A stretch of DNA of 64,000 nucleotides, taken from the human T2T-CHM13v2.0 reference genome, Homo sapiens. The translations under genes and the position numbers were made by a program. The stretch is from NCBI RefSeq assembly GCF_009914755.1, contig NC_060925.1. The stretch is one strand, 5' to 3'. The notes below the pieces were generated by a model, which saw only the letters and a program-made list of their open reading frames with translations, was not told the DNA's origin and did no database searches. Each line of letters starts with the position of its first letter. Position 1 is the first letter of the stretch. Of the stretch, positions 1-12,078 are shown piece after piece.

Positions 1-144
1 TCCTGGTTCTCCAGCTTGTAGACAGAAGACCATGGGATTTTTCGGCCTTCATAATCACATGAGCCAATCCCATGATAAATCTCTTCTTATAGATCTCTCT
101 ATATTTCATTGGTTTTGTTTCTCTGGAGAACCCTGACGAATACA
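1..144 (+). mobile_element. 3' end of MLT2-family (ERVL) LTR, truncated by the window edge
   Basis: Ends ...ttgtttctctggagaaccctgacgaataca, matching the remembered MLT2 terminus (GAGAACCCTGACTAATACA). Confidence 0.75.
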
Positions 145-2024
145 TTCACCCCTTGGAAGACTCTGCGGGGTCACTCAGAAAACAGCACACTCCTTTGTGT
201 CCCTGACATAAAAGCTGGTGGCCTTGTTCTGCTGTGAGCATCCCAGTTTTGGAAGATGCATTTTTTCTTAGCAGCCTGTTCCCAGGAGGTGAGCAACTGA
301 CTCAGACGAAGCCTAATCCCTGAGGTTCCTCCAACTCCAGCAAGCCAAGCTGCCTCTGATCTGTCCACCACTGGGCACTGTGAGCTTCACCCTAGTCAGG
401 CCAACGTGTTCCCAGAGACTCTTTTTCAAGGACTGCTGTGAAATTTACATTTTGCAGGTCTCTGTGGAAAATGAATGGCTTTTTTGGGATGGAATTGGCA
501 CTTTGAGTCCCAATGTCACCTGTCACCTATCAAACTTACACTTGTTGCATGACAGACATTTTTGTGTCCAGTGACCATGGCTCTTTGTTTGCATAATTCA
601 GACGCTCCCGATTTCTGCATTGTGAAATCAGCTGTGATACGCACAGCAATGTCATCTGTTTGCCTTGGCCAATTCCAGGACCATCACTCCCGCCATCATC
701 CAAGTGTACCAGCCAAACGTGCCTCACGTCCTAGAAAGAAAGCACGTGATGGGTTTGTTTTTGCCATGGACAATGGCCCGTATTTGATTCAGCTTCATTT
801 AATAAGACCTTGTTCAGACCCAGAGATGGATTACAAACTTCCACATCAATCTTCAGGGCCTGATCTTATTACAAACCACCACAAATATAACCATAAAAGC
901 CCTATTGATTGATGCAGAGCTTGGTAATCCATCTGTCCCCATCCATTATTTTGGGGATAATTTTTCATCATCTGGATGGCAGCTGATTCCTCACGCATTA
1001 GTATACAGTGGCGATTAACAGAAGCAGAAAAAGCCCCCAAATTAGCAGAATAACACCTGTCAGGAAGGGGAAGCAAGAATTCCCACACAGCCTGCTTCTG
1101 AGCTCTGGGACCAGGTCTGAATTGCAAAGAGTTTGAAGATGTGATTCAGTGTTGACCTTGGAAGTGGAGAGGGAAAAGTTTGCTTGTTTGTTCCTTCCTT
1201 GGGGGCATAGAGAGTGTGCTCCCTTTAGGTGACATCATTGTCAATCTAGTCATAGCCCCTGGACAGCTGACATGGAAACTTTTCCAGGATTGCTCAGGGG
1301 CAGCAGGGTTTATGGGACAGGTGTTCCTGCCCGAGGTAGCTAATAGCCACCAGAGACTTGACCAGAGGGAATGTTATTTAAGGCGAGAGTATTGAGAGAG
1401 ACATGAGTGAAGAAGGAGAGACATGAGTGAAGAAGGAGGAGAAAAGTCAAAGCCTCCTGAGAATGGTGCCATTTGCATAGTGTGGGAAAAGTCCTTTCCA
1501 CAGACCAATAAGATATGGTCTCTCTCTACACAATGATTCCATAATCTGAACATTCTTGTGTTTGGCAAGATGCTATTTCTTTTAAACATGGAGAAAATGG
1601 AGATAGACATGGCTGAAATAGTTCTAAGAGCCATCGAAGGAATCAAACTGGTACATTTCTTTCTGAGTTTTGATTTCCAAAAATCAAAAATCCTGTGTAA
1701 TTGACTTCTCAAGGGAAACCTTCATGCAAAGTGACTTATTATCAAGTGGCTTCATATGGACAAACCCAGCAGGGTGAGGCCACTGCTGCTGGGTGTTAAG
1801 ACCCAGCCATAAACTAGAGGCTGTGGGTCTCTCTGAAACCACCTTGACAGTGACCAGTGAAGAGCCCAGCACACAGCAAAGCTTTGATGGTGGAGGAGCA
1901 AGGTTCTAATCCTTCAAACTAAAAGATTGCAGTTTGATTCCAAGCATTAACCGATCATCCAAAACTAAGAATATGCTTTTATTTAATCTATAAGCAGAGC
2001 CACCTTGAGCTACTCACCTAAATC

Positions 2025-2244
2025 ACGTATCTGTAAACTGTGGTCCATGGGCCAAACATGGCCACTGCCTGTTTTTGGAAATGAAGTTTTATTGGAAAAC
2101 AGCCCCATTTGCTTCTTTGCCCATTGTCTGTGGCTGCTTTTTTTGCTACAATGGTAGAGTTGAGTAGTTGTGACTGAGGCCATACTGCCTGTAAAGCCTA
2201 AAATATTTACTATCTGGTCCTTTAAGAAAAGGTTTGTCTACCTG
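2025..2244. mobile_element. MER58A-like hAT-Charlie DNA transposon remnant
   Basis: Motifs gttttattggaaaacagcc, ttgagtagttgtgac and aagcctaaaatatttactatctggtcctttaagaaaaggtttg resemble MER58A. Confidence 0.75.
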
Positions 2245-3127
2245 GGATCCACATGAAGATTTACACATGGAAGGAAACTACTCCTGGCTCTTGGGGAGAC
2301 TAAATGATGGGGCGGATGCTGTAAACACCACACGACTTCTCCCATGTTATTTTGCTTTATTCTAAGTGAGCAGCCTACCAAAGAGAGGAAATAATGAAGA
2401 ACCCTTATGAATTTTCCATATTTCAGCCTGCTTCCTAGAAATATTATTGGGGCCACATGTCAGAAGTCCCAGTCCTTGTCCAACCATCATGAGGGTCTGT
2501 AGTTTATCCTCATAGTTGTAGCATCCTAAGCAGGAGCCCAGGAGCCCATTGAAACCCACACTCCAGGTTTTGAAGCACACGGCTGTTTACTTTGCAAGAA
2601 AAGTCTGTGCAGGGTTTGGTAAACTGTTGATCTTGAACTTATTTAACGACAGAATGTGCAGGTGTGTGGGATTTGGATTTAGATTTTGGTTTTCTTGGGG
2701 ACACTGGAGCAGAGAATTGCGTTTGTCCAGGCTCTGCTTGCTGACCAGGGAAAGTCATTTTTCTTCTTTAGCATCAGGCACCCAGTTTGTCAGACAGGTT
2801 AAAAAAAATGTGGGGTGGAGATGGGTTACATCGATCCCAGGTGTGAAGGCTTAGCTAGGTGCATCGAGGGATCCTGTAGAAAGCATAGCTGTTGTATTGC
2901 GTGTGTGTGACTGCCCAGACCCTCTTAGCTGGTGATTAGCCCATAATGCACCCTTCACGTTTTAATGTGGGAAGTCTATGAAGAAAATTTACACAAAAGG
3001 CAGGAGAAGGGCCTCCAGGGCAAGGCCAACATCAGAAGTAGATCATTACCCTTCTTTCTGTTAACTTGGTTTCTGATTTTTTACCCCTTAGTTGTAAATT
3101 TAATGATACATCATGCAGCTAAGATCA

Positions 3128-3675
3128 CATTATCATCAGCATCACCTTCACCATCATCACCATCACCATTATCATATCACTATCATCAACATCAGTATCA
3201 CCATCATTATGATCATCATGTCACTATCACCGTCATCACCATCACTATCATTATTACCATCACCATCATTATCACCATCACCATTATTACCATCGTCACC
3301 ATCACCACCACCATCATCATCGTTACCACCACCAACATCATCGTTACCATCACTATCATCATCACCATACCATTATCATCATTGCCATTATTATCACCAT
3401 CTTCACCATTACCATCATTATCACCATCATCACCATCACCACCACCATCACCATTATCATCATCACCATCTTTATCATTACCATCATTATCACCATCATC
3501 ACCATCACCACCATCACCATTATCATCATCACCATCTTTATCATTACCATCATCACCACATCACCATCACCACCATCATCATCACTATTATCATCACCAT
3601 CATCATCACCATCACCATCATTATCATTACCATCATCACCACCATCACCATCACCATCAGCAGCAGCAGCAGCAA
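3128..3675. repeat. ~550-bp degenerate (CAT/CAC)n trinucleotide tract ending in (CAG)5CAA, intronic in AJAP1
   Basis: Read directly from the sequence; it generates the poly-His/Ile-Thr/Ser-Pro ORFs in the track. Confidence 0.97.
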
Positions 3676-5773
3676 CCTCCTTCTCATCACAAGAAGCACA
3701 GACACCGGATGAGCACATACGCTTTGTGACAGCATGGCTTTCTCTTGACTGGGCCAGAGGGAGTGTGTGGGTAGAGAGCAAGAGGAGACTGAACAGGCAA
3801 CCCACCCTCCACAGCTGTCCATCCTTTTCAATCCTTCCTCTGCACATGAGGTCTGAGTTGGGTCTCAGGAAACTTGGCACATAGATAGGGATTACCAGAG
3901 CTGGTAGACACTCCATTGTTGGTGGGATTAGGGGTGGTCCCTGTTGCATAACTTAGCTTTCAACTCATTAGCAAACCAACTTGGCAGTCCCAGAGAAGGG
4001 ACTTGCCCAGAGGTTTACAGCAGGTGCCACAGATGGGGCACAGGTTTATGGGAGGTCATTGGCCAGAACTGCAATGAATGCAGCACCTTTATTCAGGGGG
4101 CATCGGAGCAGCTGTTGCCTGTGGGTGAGCAGTACTAGTGCTGCAGGCGCACAGTAGGTGCACAACAAACAGTTCCTGAATCAGTGGATAGAAGAAGGCT
4201 TGGGAGAGACTCGCCATGCTCATGTGTTTCCTCCACTGTTTGCCGGATGCTGTTATTCTGTGGATCCTGGAGGAGAATCCCTCGTGAAAAACAAAAATTA
4301 CCCCCAGAGAGGGGGAAACAGGAAGACAAAGCTTGTTTTCTGGCTGTGCCAATGTTTAATCATTTATGAACAATTTCCCCCATGAGGATCATATCCAGCA
4401 GAGAGGTAACATCTGTTTAAGAGACTGTCCTTGGGAGGCCGCCAGAAAAATCTTGACACTGAAACCCGCCATGCTGAAACACGCACATGCAGTGTTCTCA
4501 CCCCAGCAGCCCAAGAGGTTGGTCAGGTGTGAGGGGCGGGTCTCTGCAAAGCAGACACCAAGATGGAGCCCCAGGCGGAGACAGGACAGTTGCTTGGATC
4601 TCAGGTGGAAGGACATGGGGAGATGAGTAGGAGGAGGTGCTGCCACCTGCGGGCTTGGCGGACTCCCTCACTGCCTTGATCTTCCAGCTTCTCAGGTGCT
4701 AAAGTGGACCTTCCGAGTAGCCCTGGCTGGTTGGTAATGTCCCCAGCATCCAGGTCCCAGGAAGGATGTGACAGATGTGTAGTCAGGAGAGAAGGTGGTC
4801 TGTGGTAGGGACCAGAGGCAGGAGCTGTTGCAGGCCTGCCCTCCTGTTTCCCCAGTCCTGTGTCTGTGGTTAGCGGCAAATGTTGCAGAAGGTTTTGGGA
4901 CAGAGGTGGGGGACGGGAAAGAATCCCTGCTTTCTGCCATCGTGCATGTGGGTGTCAGCAAACAGCTCATGACCAGAGCTCTACCTGCCCCACTTCTGAA
5001 GTGGCTGGTCCTTCTGTCCCTGTCCTGCCGATTCCAGTGCCCCCCACCTCCCCATTCAGGTATTGGGGCCAGGGCAACAAGGCTAGACCATGGATTCTCC
5101 TTTGGGACTGTGGGAAGCATCCGCTGCTGGCCTGAAACTTTCATTCCTGGAACCTTGTGAAGCAGTGAACTTCTTAGCGAGGACTCTGGAAAGAGGAAGA
5201 TTTCACCCCGTGATCTGGGTCTGTGAGGGTGTCATCCCATGTGCTCTTCTTTTTACCTCCCCAATATGTACTGGCCCATCCTGGCTCCCCCTGGGTCAGG
5301 CCAAACCCTGCTCCCACTCACAGGCCAGCACCCTGGAGCTAACCGTTCCAGAATAGAAGTGCGAGACTGGCCCAGGGTGTGAGGGGAGAAAGGGGCCATG
5401 GGGAATATCTCACCCAGAGCTGACCTGCCGCCAGGTAGAGGAGGCAGGTGAAGGGCTTGGCAGGTGCAAGAAAGAACACAGCCGCCCATGATCCAGGTCA
5501 CGGCTTGGAGACTGACAGGGTGGTGGTGGAAGGAGAGAGCCCAGAGCTGGAGCTCCCCCTTCCTGGACCCCGGGTGAGAGCAGCCTCATGCCCGGGGCCT
5601 GCAGTCGAGGAGGAGAGAACTGAGCACCTGTCATGCTGCCCCGAGTTCCCCGCTGCGGATGGGACCTGGCATCCCCAGCTGGGTTGGGGGGATGCACCTC
5701 CACCTTTCCCGGCCCCCCTCGCCTCCTGAACCTGGTTTCACGGGTGCCCTCTTCCCTCTTTCCTTCTTTCCAG

Positions 5774-5861
5774 GTCTGGCTGTCCATCAGATCATCACCA
5801 TCACCGTCTCCCTCATCATGGTCATAGCTGCTCTCATCACAACTCTTGTCTTAAAAAATTG
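5774..5861 (+). CDS. AJAP1: AJAP1 internal coding exon (88 nt) encoding the single transmembrane helix: (G)LAVHQIITITVSLIMVIAALITTLVLKN(C)
   Basis: Polypyrimidine tract + CAG acceptor (5771-5773), GTAAGG donor at 5862. Phase 1 in, phase 2 out, joining in frame to 8201. Peptide recognised as AJAP1. Confidence 0.96.
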
Positions 5862-8200
5862 GTAAGGCTCCTTGGGCCCTTCTGGCCCAGAAATGGGGGA
5901 CTACCGGGGTCCCTGGGTGGTGAATACAGAAAGGCCCCTACTTTTCAAAGCCAGCCTGTTCTGCTGGCTTCTGCCCTGGGCAGTTCAGCTGCCACAGGCT
6001 GCTCACCGTCCAGCGCTGCCCTTTGGCCCGGCCCCTCTCCTGGTTTCCCTGCAGAAGGCCAGCGAGCCCAGCCTTTGTGACAGAGCTTCTCAGGGTGCGT
6101 GTGGTCCTGGGTTCCAGATTCTTTCTCTGGATCCAAGTGTCCCTTGGGATGTTGTCCACCCAGAGCACAGTCCCTATATCTTGTCTCCTCTGCCCCTTCC
6201 CTGGAAAGGTAGGGATGGGGCCCTTCTGCCAGCACCCAGCAGGGTCCCACGTCCCTCACTCAGGCTTGGTGGCCGGTTGCTGAACCAGCCCTGTTTGTAT
6301 TCTTCGTTCCTCTCAAAGCCACTCTGTGTGCTGAACTAGGTTACCGCTTTGCTCTAGGCAGCCTGCCTTTGCCTATTTCCTCCTAGAAATTGGCCTACTT
6401 TGAGGCCAGCCTTGCTGGGTGTACACACCTGATAAGCCCCTGAGAAATCAGGGGACTGCTGGGAGGCCCTGCTGCTCGAAAGCGCCTTGGGGACCTCACC
6501 TGCCTGCAGCCACTCCTCCAGCAACTGTGTCTCCTTTCGGCATCCAGGCTTAAAACTCCCTCATAGAATAACAGACCCAAATGGTCCCCTTGCTGCCTGC
6601 ACACAGCCATATGAATCAGACAAGGCTGATGGTGGAAACCGCATCAGAGCCTCAGAATCACAGGGGAACACAAGAAAGAGAGAGAAAAAGCCAGGCTCTG
6701 GGATCAGAGGAGGTGGGACTTCTTGACAGGCTGCAGGAGGGTGGGGGTAGCACAGCCCCACAACAGACCTCCCACTCGGCTAGCGAGGCCTCAAAGCCAC
6801 CTCCTGATAGGTAGCAAACTGGGACCCCGGGCGTTTTCTGGAGACAGGGGATGAGAGAACAACACGGAGCTCACAGTGGGGCTTCTTAGGCAGGGGCTGG
6901 CCAGAGAAGGGACTTTGGACCCCTGGACTGTGTGGGCGTATGGAAGGACAAATCCCACTGGCCATCTCGGTGAAGGGCTTCATCTCCCCAGAGACAGGGG
7001 ACTTTGTAGCCTGTTCTGTGACAAGTTGATGACAAGCCTTCATCTTGCTTTTCCCACACTCGAGCTTATAGCAGACCTTCAAAGAGCCCTTTGGGAGAAC
7101 AGCCCGGGAGGATGGATGAGCAAGTCCTATGAACCTGACCTCCCTCTGAGGAAGACTTTGTGGGTGGGGCTGCCCCCTGCGTTTGGCATTCACCTTCTGA
7201 CCTTGGTGTATGGGGTAGGGGGCTTCTTCTCCAGGAATCAGGATTCCTTTCATTGGGAAAACCAACGCAGGAAATAGCCAAGACTTAGAAGGAGACGGGC
7301 GCATCCCCCCTGCCCCTTGCCTTCGTGCAGCCCCTCCCTGTACACAGGCCCTGAGCGTGAAGGGGAAGGGGCGGGCAGGGGAAATGGCCCCCAATGCGGG
7401 GAGACGTCCTCAGCTCCCCATGCAGCAGGGGAGGGGCCTCCCAGCCAGCCCCCTTGTCCTTCCTGTGCTCTCATCATAGAAGTGGCATCCGGGGGCCTCG
7501 ATTCTTGCTTCGTCGAGTCCCTGGACAGACGAGGGTAGGAGTCCCATGGTCACTATAAGTGGCCTCTGGAAACCCCTGTGGTTCAGAGGAACTAGACCAT
7601 AACAGGCAGGCACGCAGGACACTTCCCTCTGCAGACTTGATCAGGGATGAAGGACAAGCCAGCTCGTCATTTCCAGCTTGTACACGTGCCCCTGGGTGAG
7701 GCTGAGGACAGGGGCTTTCTCACTCATCAGCTTTCCCCAAAGACAGGTCCATTGTCCATTCTGAGATGAAGGAACGGACCACCCCAACCTGTACCCAAAG
7801 GCTCCCACACACTCTAGGCCCCTCTGGCAGGAAGGACCCACCACAGCTTTTATCCCGTCGAGGCGTTCGTGGGGAAACTGAGTCAGCACCATGGTCTGAC
7901 TGATGCTCTTTAGTTAAGCAGGTCCCTAGCTCTGCGATCACACAGCTCACTACTTACCCCTCATCCTCCCTGCTGTAATAGCCACATTTAAAATTCAAAT
8001 TTCATTTTTTTTTTTTAAAAAAAAAGAGTTGATTGCTTGATTGTGGTTGATCTTTCTGAAGAGGCTGGGAATTACCGTTTAATATGAAATGATGCGTAGC
8101 TCACGCCTGCAAGCGAAAGACCCACAGTGGAAGTCTGGAGTTGTGTTTGTGGGTTTCCGGCCTCTGCCCGTCCCCCTACCCCAAACTCTTTCTCTTCCAG

Positions 8201-8446
8201 CTGTGCCCAAAGCGGGAACACTCGTCGGAACAGCCACCAGCGGAAGACCAACCAGCAGGAGGAGAGCTGCCAGAACCTCACGGACTTCCCCTCGGCCCGG
8301 GTGCCCAGCAGCCTGGACATATTCACGGCCTATAACGAGACCCTGCAGTGTTCTCACGAGTGCGTCAGGGCATCTGTGCCCGTGTACACCGATGAGACGC
8401 TGCACTCGACGACGGGGGAGTACAAATCCACATTTAATGGAAACCG
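8201..8446 (+). CDS. AJAP1: AJAP1 coding exon (246 nt), cytoplasmic domain CAQSGNTRRNSHQRKTNQQEESCQNLTDFPSARVPSSLDIFTAYNETLQCSHECVRASVPVYTDETLHSTTGEYKSTFNGN(R)
   Basis: tctttctcttccAG acceptor, CG|GTAAGC donor at 8447, frame consistent with both neighbouring exons, recognised AJAP1 sequence. Confidence 0.96.
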
Positions 8447-10347
8447 GTAAGCTCGGGCTCTGCTAGACCCTGCAGCTGTGAAGCTCTTGGTGCTCCTGAC
8501 CCCCGGGGGCCGGTGTGGCTGAGCTGAGAGCTGTTGGTCGGTTTAGGTCTTCCCTGAGGTCGCTTTGAGGGGCCCAGCCAAGGCGGACAGCTAATTTGGC
8601 AAAACGAAAGAGGCAGGGTTGATAGCAACAGGCGTTTAGCTGCTCCCAGAGAATACAGTGGCTGGAATTTCCTTCCAGACCCCTGGACGTGGGCAGTGGC
8701 GGGAAATGCATAGTCTCCCAGCCCTCGCTCTGAACCGTCATCCTTCGTGCCCCAGAGCCCAAAGGCCAGCCCCGTGGTTATTGGCCTCCTAAATATCAAC
8801 AGATCACAACAGCCCCCCGACCGGAGTCAGCGTCTCTGAGCCCTGTCAATAAAATGTCAGCGGCAAATTTAGCAAAAATATCAGATACCCACCAGACTCC
8901 CAGACCGGAAGTACGTTACTAAATGCTCCTCCTTTTTTATTACTCATGTGTAATCCCTCAAAGAAAATGTACCCCACAGCCATCCCTGGGAATATTTAAA
9001 AAAACCCTTGAGTCAGCTTTCAAAGGTTTGTCCAGAATTAAATTAAAGTATCAATAAGCTTTTTTTTTAAGTGAGCATACATTTATGCATCATGTTGTAA
9101 ATTAAAAAAACAGTCTCCAACAACTTGAAGAAAGGAGGAGGCTGGGATCCATTGTGAGCAATAGAATTAGCAGCCAGGGTAACACTGCCCCAGGCCCCCA
9201 GAAAGGGCTCCCCTGGAACCCAGGGCAAGGTGACTGGACTCGAGTTGTTTTAGAAAGGGCTGGCTGCATGCTCCCTTTCGTTCTGTTTGCTGATTTGTTC
9301 AGGGGCCCTGGAGAGGGAGGACTGCCGGGGCTGCCACATCCATAGTTAATGTGTCTTTGTCCTGTTGGCTAGAATGAGCAGATGTTCCTGAAATACCTTC
9401 TGGCCACGCCTCTTCTTGCATGTCCACGTTGCATTCTGCCATCTGTGATATTCTCTGTCTTAGACGTTCCCTTCCCTTCTGGAGGAGGACAGTGGCGCTC
9501 AGAACCTCAGAACTGTTGTTCTAAACCTCAGTGGTTTTACACTCAGACATTTGGGGAGCTCATGGGTGCCATTTCAGCCTTCCAGAAGGCTAAGTTCACA
9601 AATAACCGGCTAACAGATTTCCAAACTGTTTCACTGAATATGTGGATGTTGGCTTGGACGTGAATCTGGGCCAGCCAGTGCTTGGGCCGTGTGGGTAGAG
9701 GGCAGAGGGCCGTGGGCTGGCCTCTGTTGCTTCACTTTTCCCACCTTCTGTGCTTGTGTTATGCAGGGAGGTGGGGTGGGGGGCTGTCCAAGAGCAGAGT
9801 TCGCACAGCTGGTGCTCTCGTGCCCTGGCATGGAGGCATTGGATGGAACTAGTTCTTGCCTTTTGGCCCAAGGTCATGCTCTGTTGGGTTTCATTGGCCT
9901 TGGGAAATGGTAGCTTAGTCTCAAAGGTGACAAAATATGGGCGAGACATTTTGGGAGCCAGGTTCTATCCTTTCTGTCATGTGCAATAAAGTGGGTCAAA
10001 TCTGCCATCAGAGGCAGAGACCCCAGGCTCTGGGCTAATCCTGCAAATTCAAAAACGAAAATGTGGAGACGGCACAGCCTTCCGGCCTGTGCAGCAAAGT
10101 GCTCGTGTGCCCAGATCCCTCAGTCTGTGTCTTCCAAAGCCTCCCAGGGTAGAAAGCATTCGTGTGTGAGGACTTCTCCCAGCCACAGGGAATGTGGGGG
10201 GTGGTCCCTTCCTGGCAAGGCCAGGAGTCCACATTAGTGCTTCCTTTCTCAAGAAGCCAGTCCCCACCACAGGCCTGCCCCGGCTTGCCTATCATGTGTC
10301 ATGGTCAAGTACCAGCACGCCAAAGCCCATTTTTCTGTTCACCGCAG

Positions 10348-10420
10348 ACCCTCCTCTTCTGATCGGCATCTTATTCCTGTGGCCTTCGTGTCTGAGAAAT
10401 GGTTTGAAATCTCCTGCTGA
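10348..10420 (+). CDS. AJAP1: AJAP1 last coding segment (R)PSSSDRHLIPVAFVSEKWFEISC-stop
   Basis: ttttctgttcaccgcAG acceptor, in-frame continuation, TGA at 10418-10420, recognised AJAP1 C-terminus. Confidence 0.96.
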
Positions 10421-10479
10421 CTGGCCGAAGTCTTTTTTACCTCCTGGGGGCAGGGCAGACGCCGTGTGTCTGTTTCACG
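10421..10479 (+). other. AJAP1: 3' UTR part of the stop-containing exon (59 nt), followed by a 3'-UTR intron
   Basis: ACG|GTAGGT donor at 10480; a second GT lies at 10484. Confidence 0.8.
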
Positions 10480-12078
10480 GTAGGTACCTCTCTTTGGACA
10501 TTCCTGTTTTCGTTCCCTTTCCTCCCCTCCCCACTGCCCTCCCCTGCACTCTTTGGGATCACTGGGAGCTCTTTTAGACATGGCGGGTGGATTTCCAATG
10601 GCATCACTTCTCTGAACATGAGCCGGCGGGGGGGGCTGGGCTTTTGACCTTGATGTTGGATTTGTTAGAAGTGCCCTCCCCGTCCCAGGGGAGGATAGTA
10701 ACAGACATTCATGCACCCTGATTCCACGTCCTCACTATTCTTATCAGTGCCACTCCTTCCCTCAGGAAGGCCACCACATGCGTGGCCTACGTGGCAGGGA
10801 AAGTCATTCCCTAAAACAAGCGACAATTACAGCTCTCATTTCCCACAACAGGAGGAGATTAGGACAGCGGCTAGGGAGGCAGGAATCGCACCTCCATCAC
10901 ATGTCTTTACATCGGGGGAGGGCGCAAGGCAGAATTAAAATACAATTTTGAAATATAAAAATAAGAGATAAGAAAGAAAATGATAAAGAAAGAAAGGGAA
11001 GAGTTGAGACATCTACTAATTTGAAGCCAGGAACCGGCACCAAAACAGGATGAATTTTCCACGCTCTGCTGGATGGGAACATTTGGTTTGCTTTTAGTGA
11101 TATTAACTTTAATGCTAACGTTAAATTGCCTCCTTCTGTGCTGAGTCTTCAGAGCACTCGGGCTGCTGAGGGGAGAGAGCATTGCGCCCTCATGGCTGCA
11201 CATCCCATGCATTCTATAAGCACAGCCCATGGGTGTGACCTGAGGTTTTCGTGTTGTTTTCATGGTTCTTTTCGACGCTGGGCTTTCTACGCATCCTCAT
11301 CTTGCTTCCTTCCAAAGGTGACCTAAGATCCCTTCCATGAGTAGGGAGCCGTATTTCTAGGATAGAATACCAATATTTGAAAATATTTTTTTCTTACTTT
11401 TTGCCCACCATCTGATATGAGGGACAGAATGGACAAAGTCCTCAGGGGCCCGCGGACAGGGAAGGTCTGGAGGACTCAGCTGGCTGCACCTTGCTGGGGG
11501 CGGGGAACCAGCTGCAGTCAGAGAGGGGAGTGAATCGGTCAGTTCCTCATCCTGGCACTAATGAACTGCATGTTTGCTCCAAATCAAATCTCCAGCCCTC
11601 ACTCCCTACCCCGAAGCCAACATGTTCTGCCAACTGGCAAAGAAACGTAATTAGATTAGAATATGGGAACCGAGCTGCCCTGCAAGGGCCTTTGCTGCAG
11701 CAGGTAAGAGGCGGGTTGCCCCCACCATTCAGTGGGGGGATGTGCAGCCTAGAGCATCCATCAGAAGCCAGTGCCTTTGTCTGCCTCACCGCAGCTCCCC
11801 TCATGAAGGGAGCCCCTACTGGAGTGCCAACCAAGCTAGCCGCAGGGAGCTGGCTTGCTAGCAGTGTAGTCCGCGACCCGCCTGGTAAAGCCTCTGTAGG
11901 GACTGGGTCCTGATGGTTGCCAGCATCTCTGTTATGATTTTTAAAATTTGTTAATGCACAATTCATTGACCTGGGAGATGCAAGGCCTTAGAGTCGAAGA
12001 CCCTCACTCCCTTCCGCCAAGAGCCACAGACCCACAGAACTGGAGAGGTCAACTCGGGGGGACAGCCCCGTAATACGG

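Noticed and set aside
3658-3675. (CAG)5 as a possible polyQ locus
   Set aside because: Short, intronic and not in a supported coding frame
2965-3949. Long ORFs (254, 199, 195 aa) rich in His, Ile/Thr, Ser/Pro or Met/Val
   Set aside because: They are translations of the (CAT/CAC)n repeat, which lacks stops in several frames; no exon or promoter support
5862-5865. In-frame TAA just after the TM exon donor (KNW-stop)
   Set aside because: Automatic result of a GTAA donor in a phase-2 intron; I saw no nearby poly(A) signal for a truncated isoform
6780-7394. 204-aa minus-strand ORF and overlapping 133-aa plus-strand ORF
   Set aside because: GC-rich intron, no recognisable domain or splice support; expected by chance
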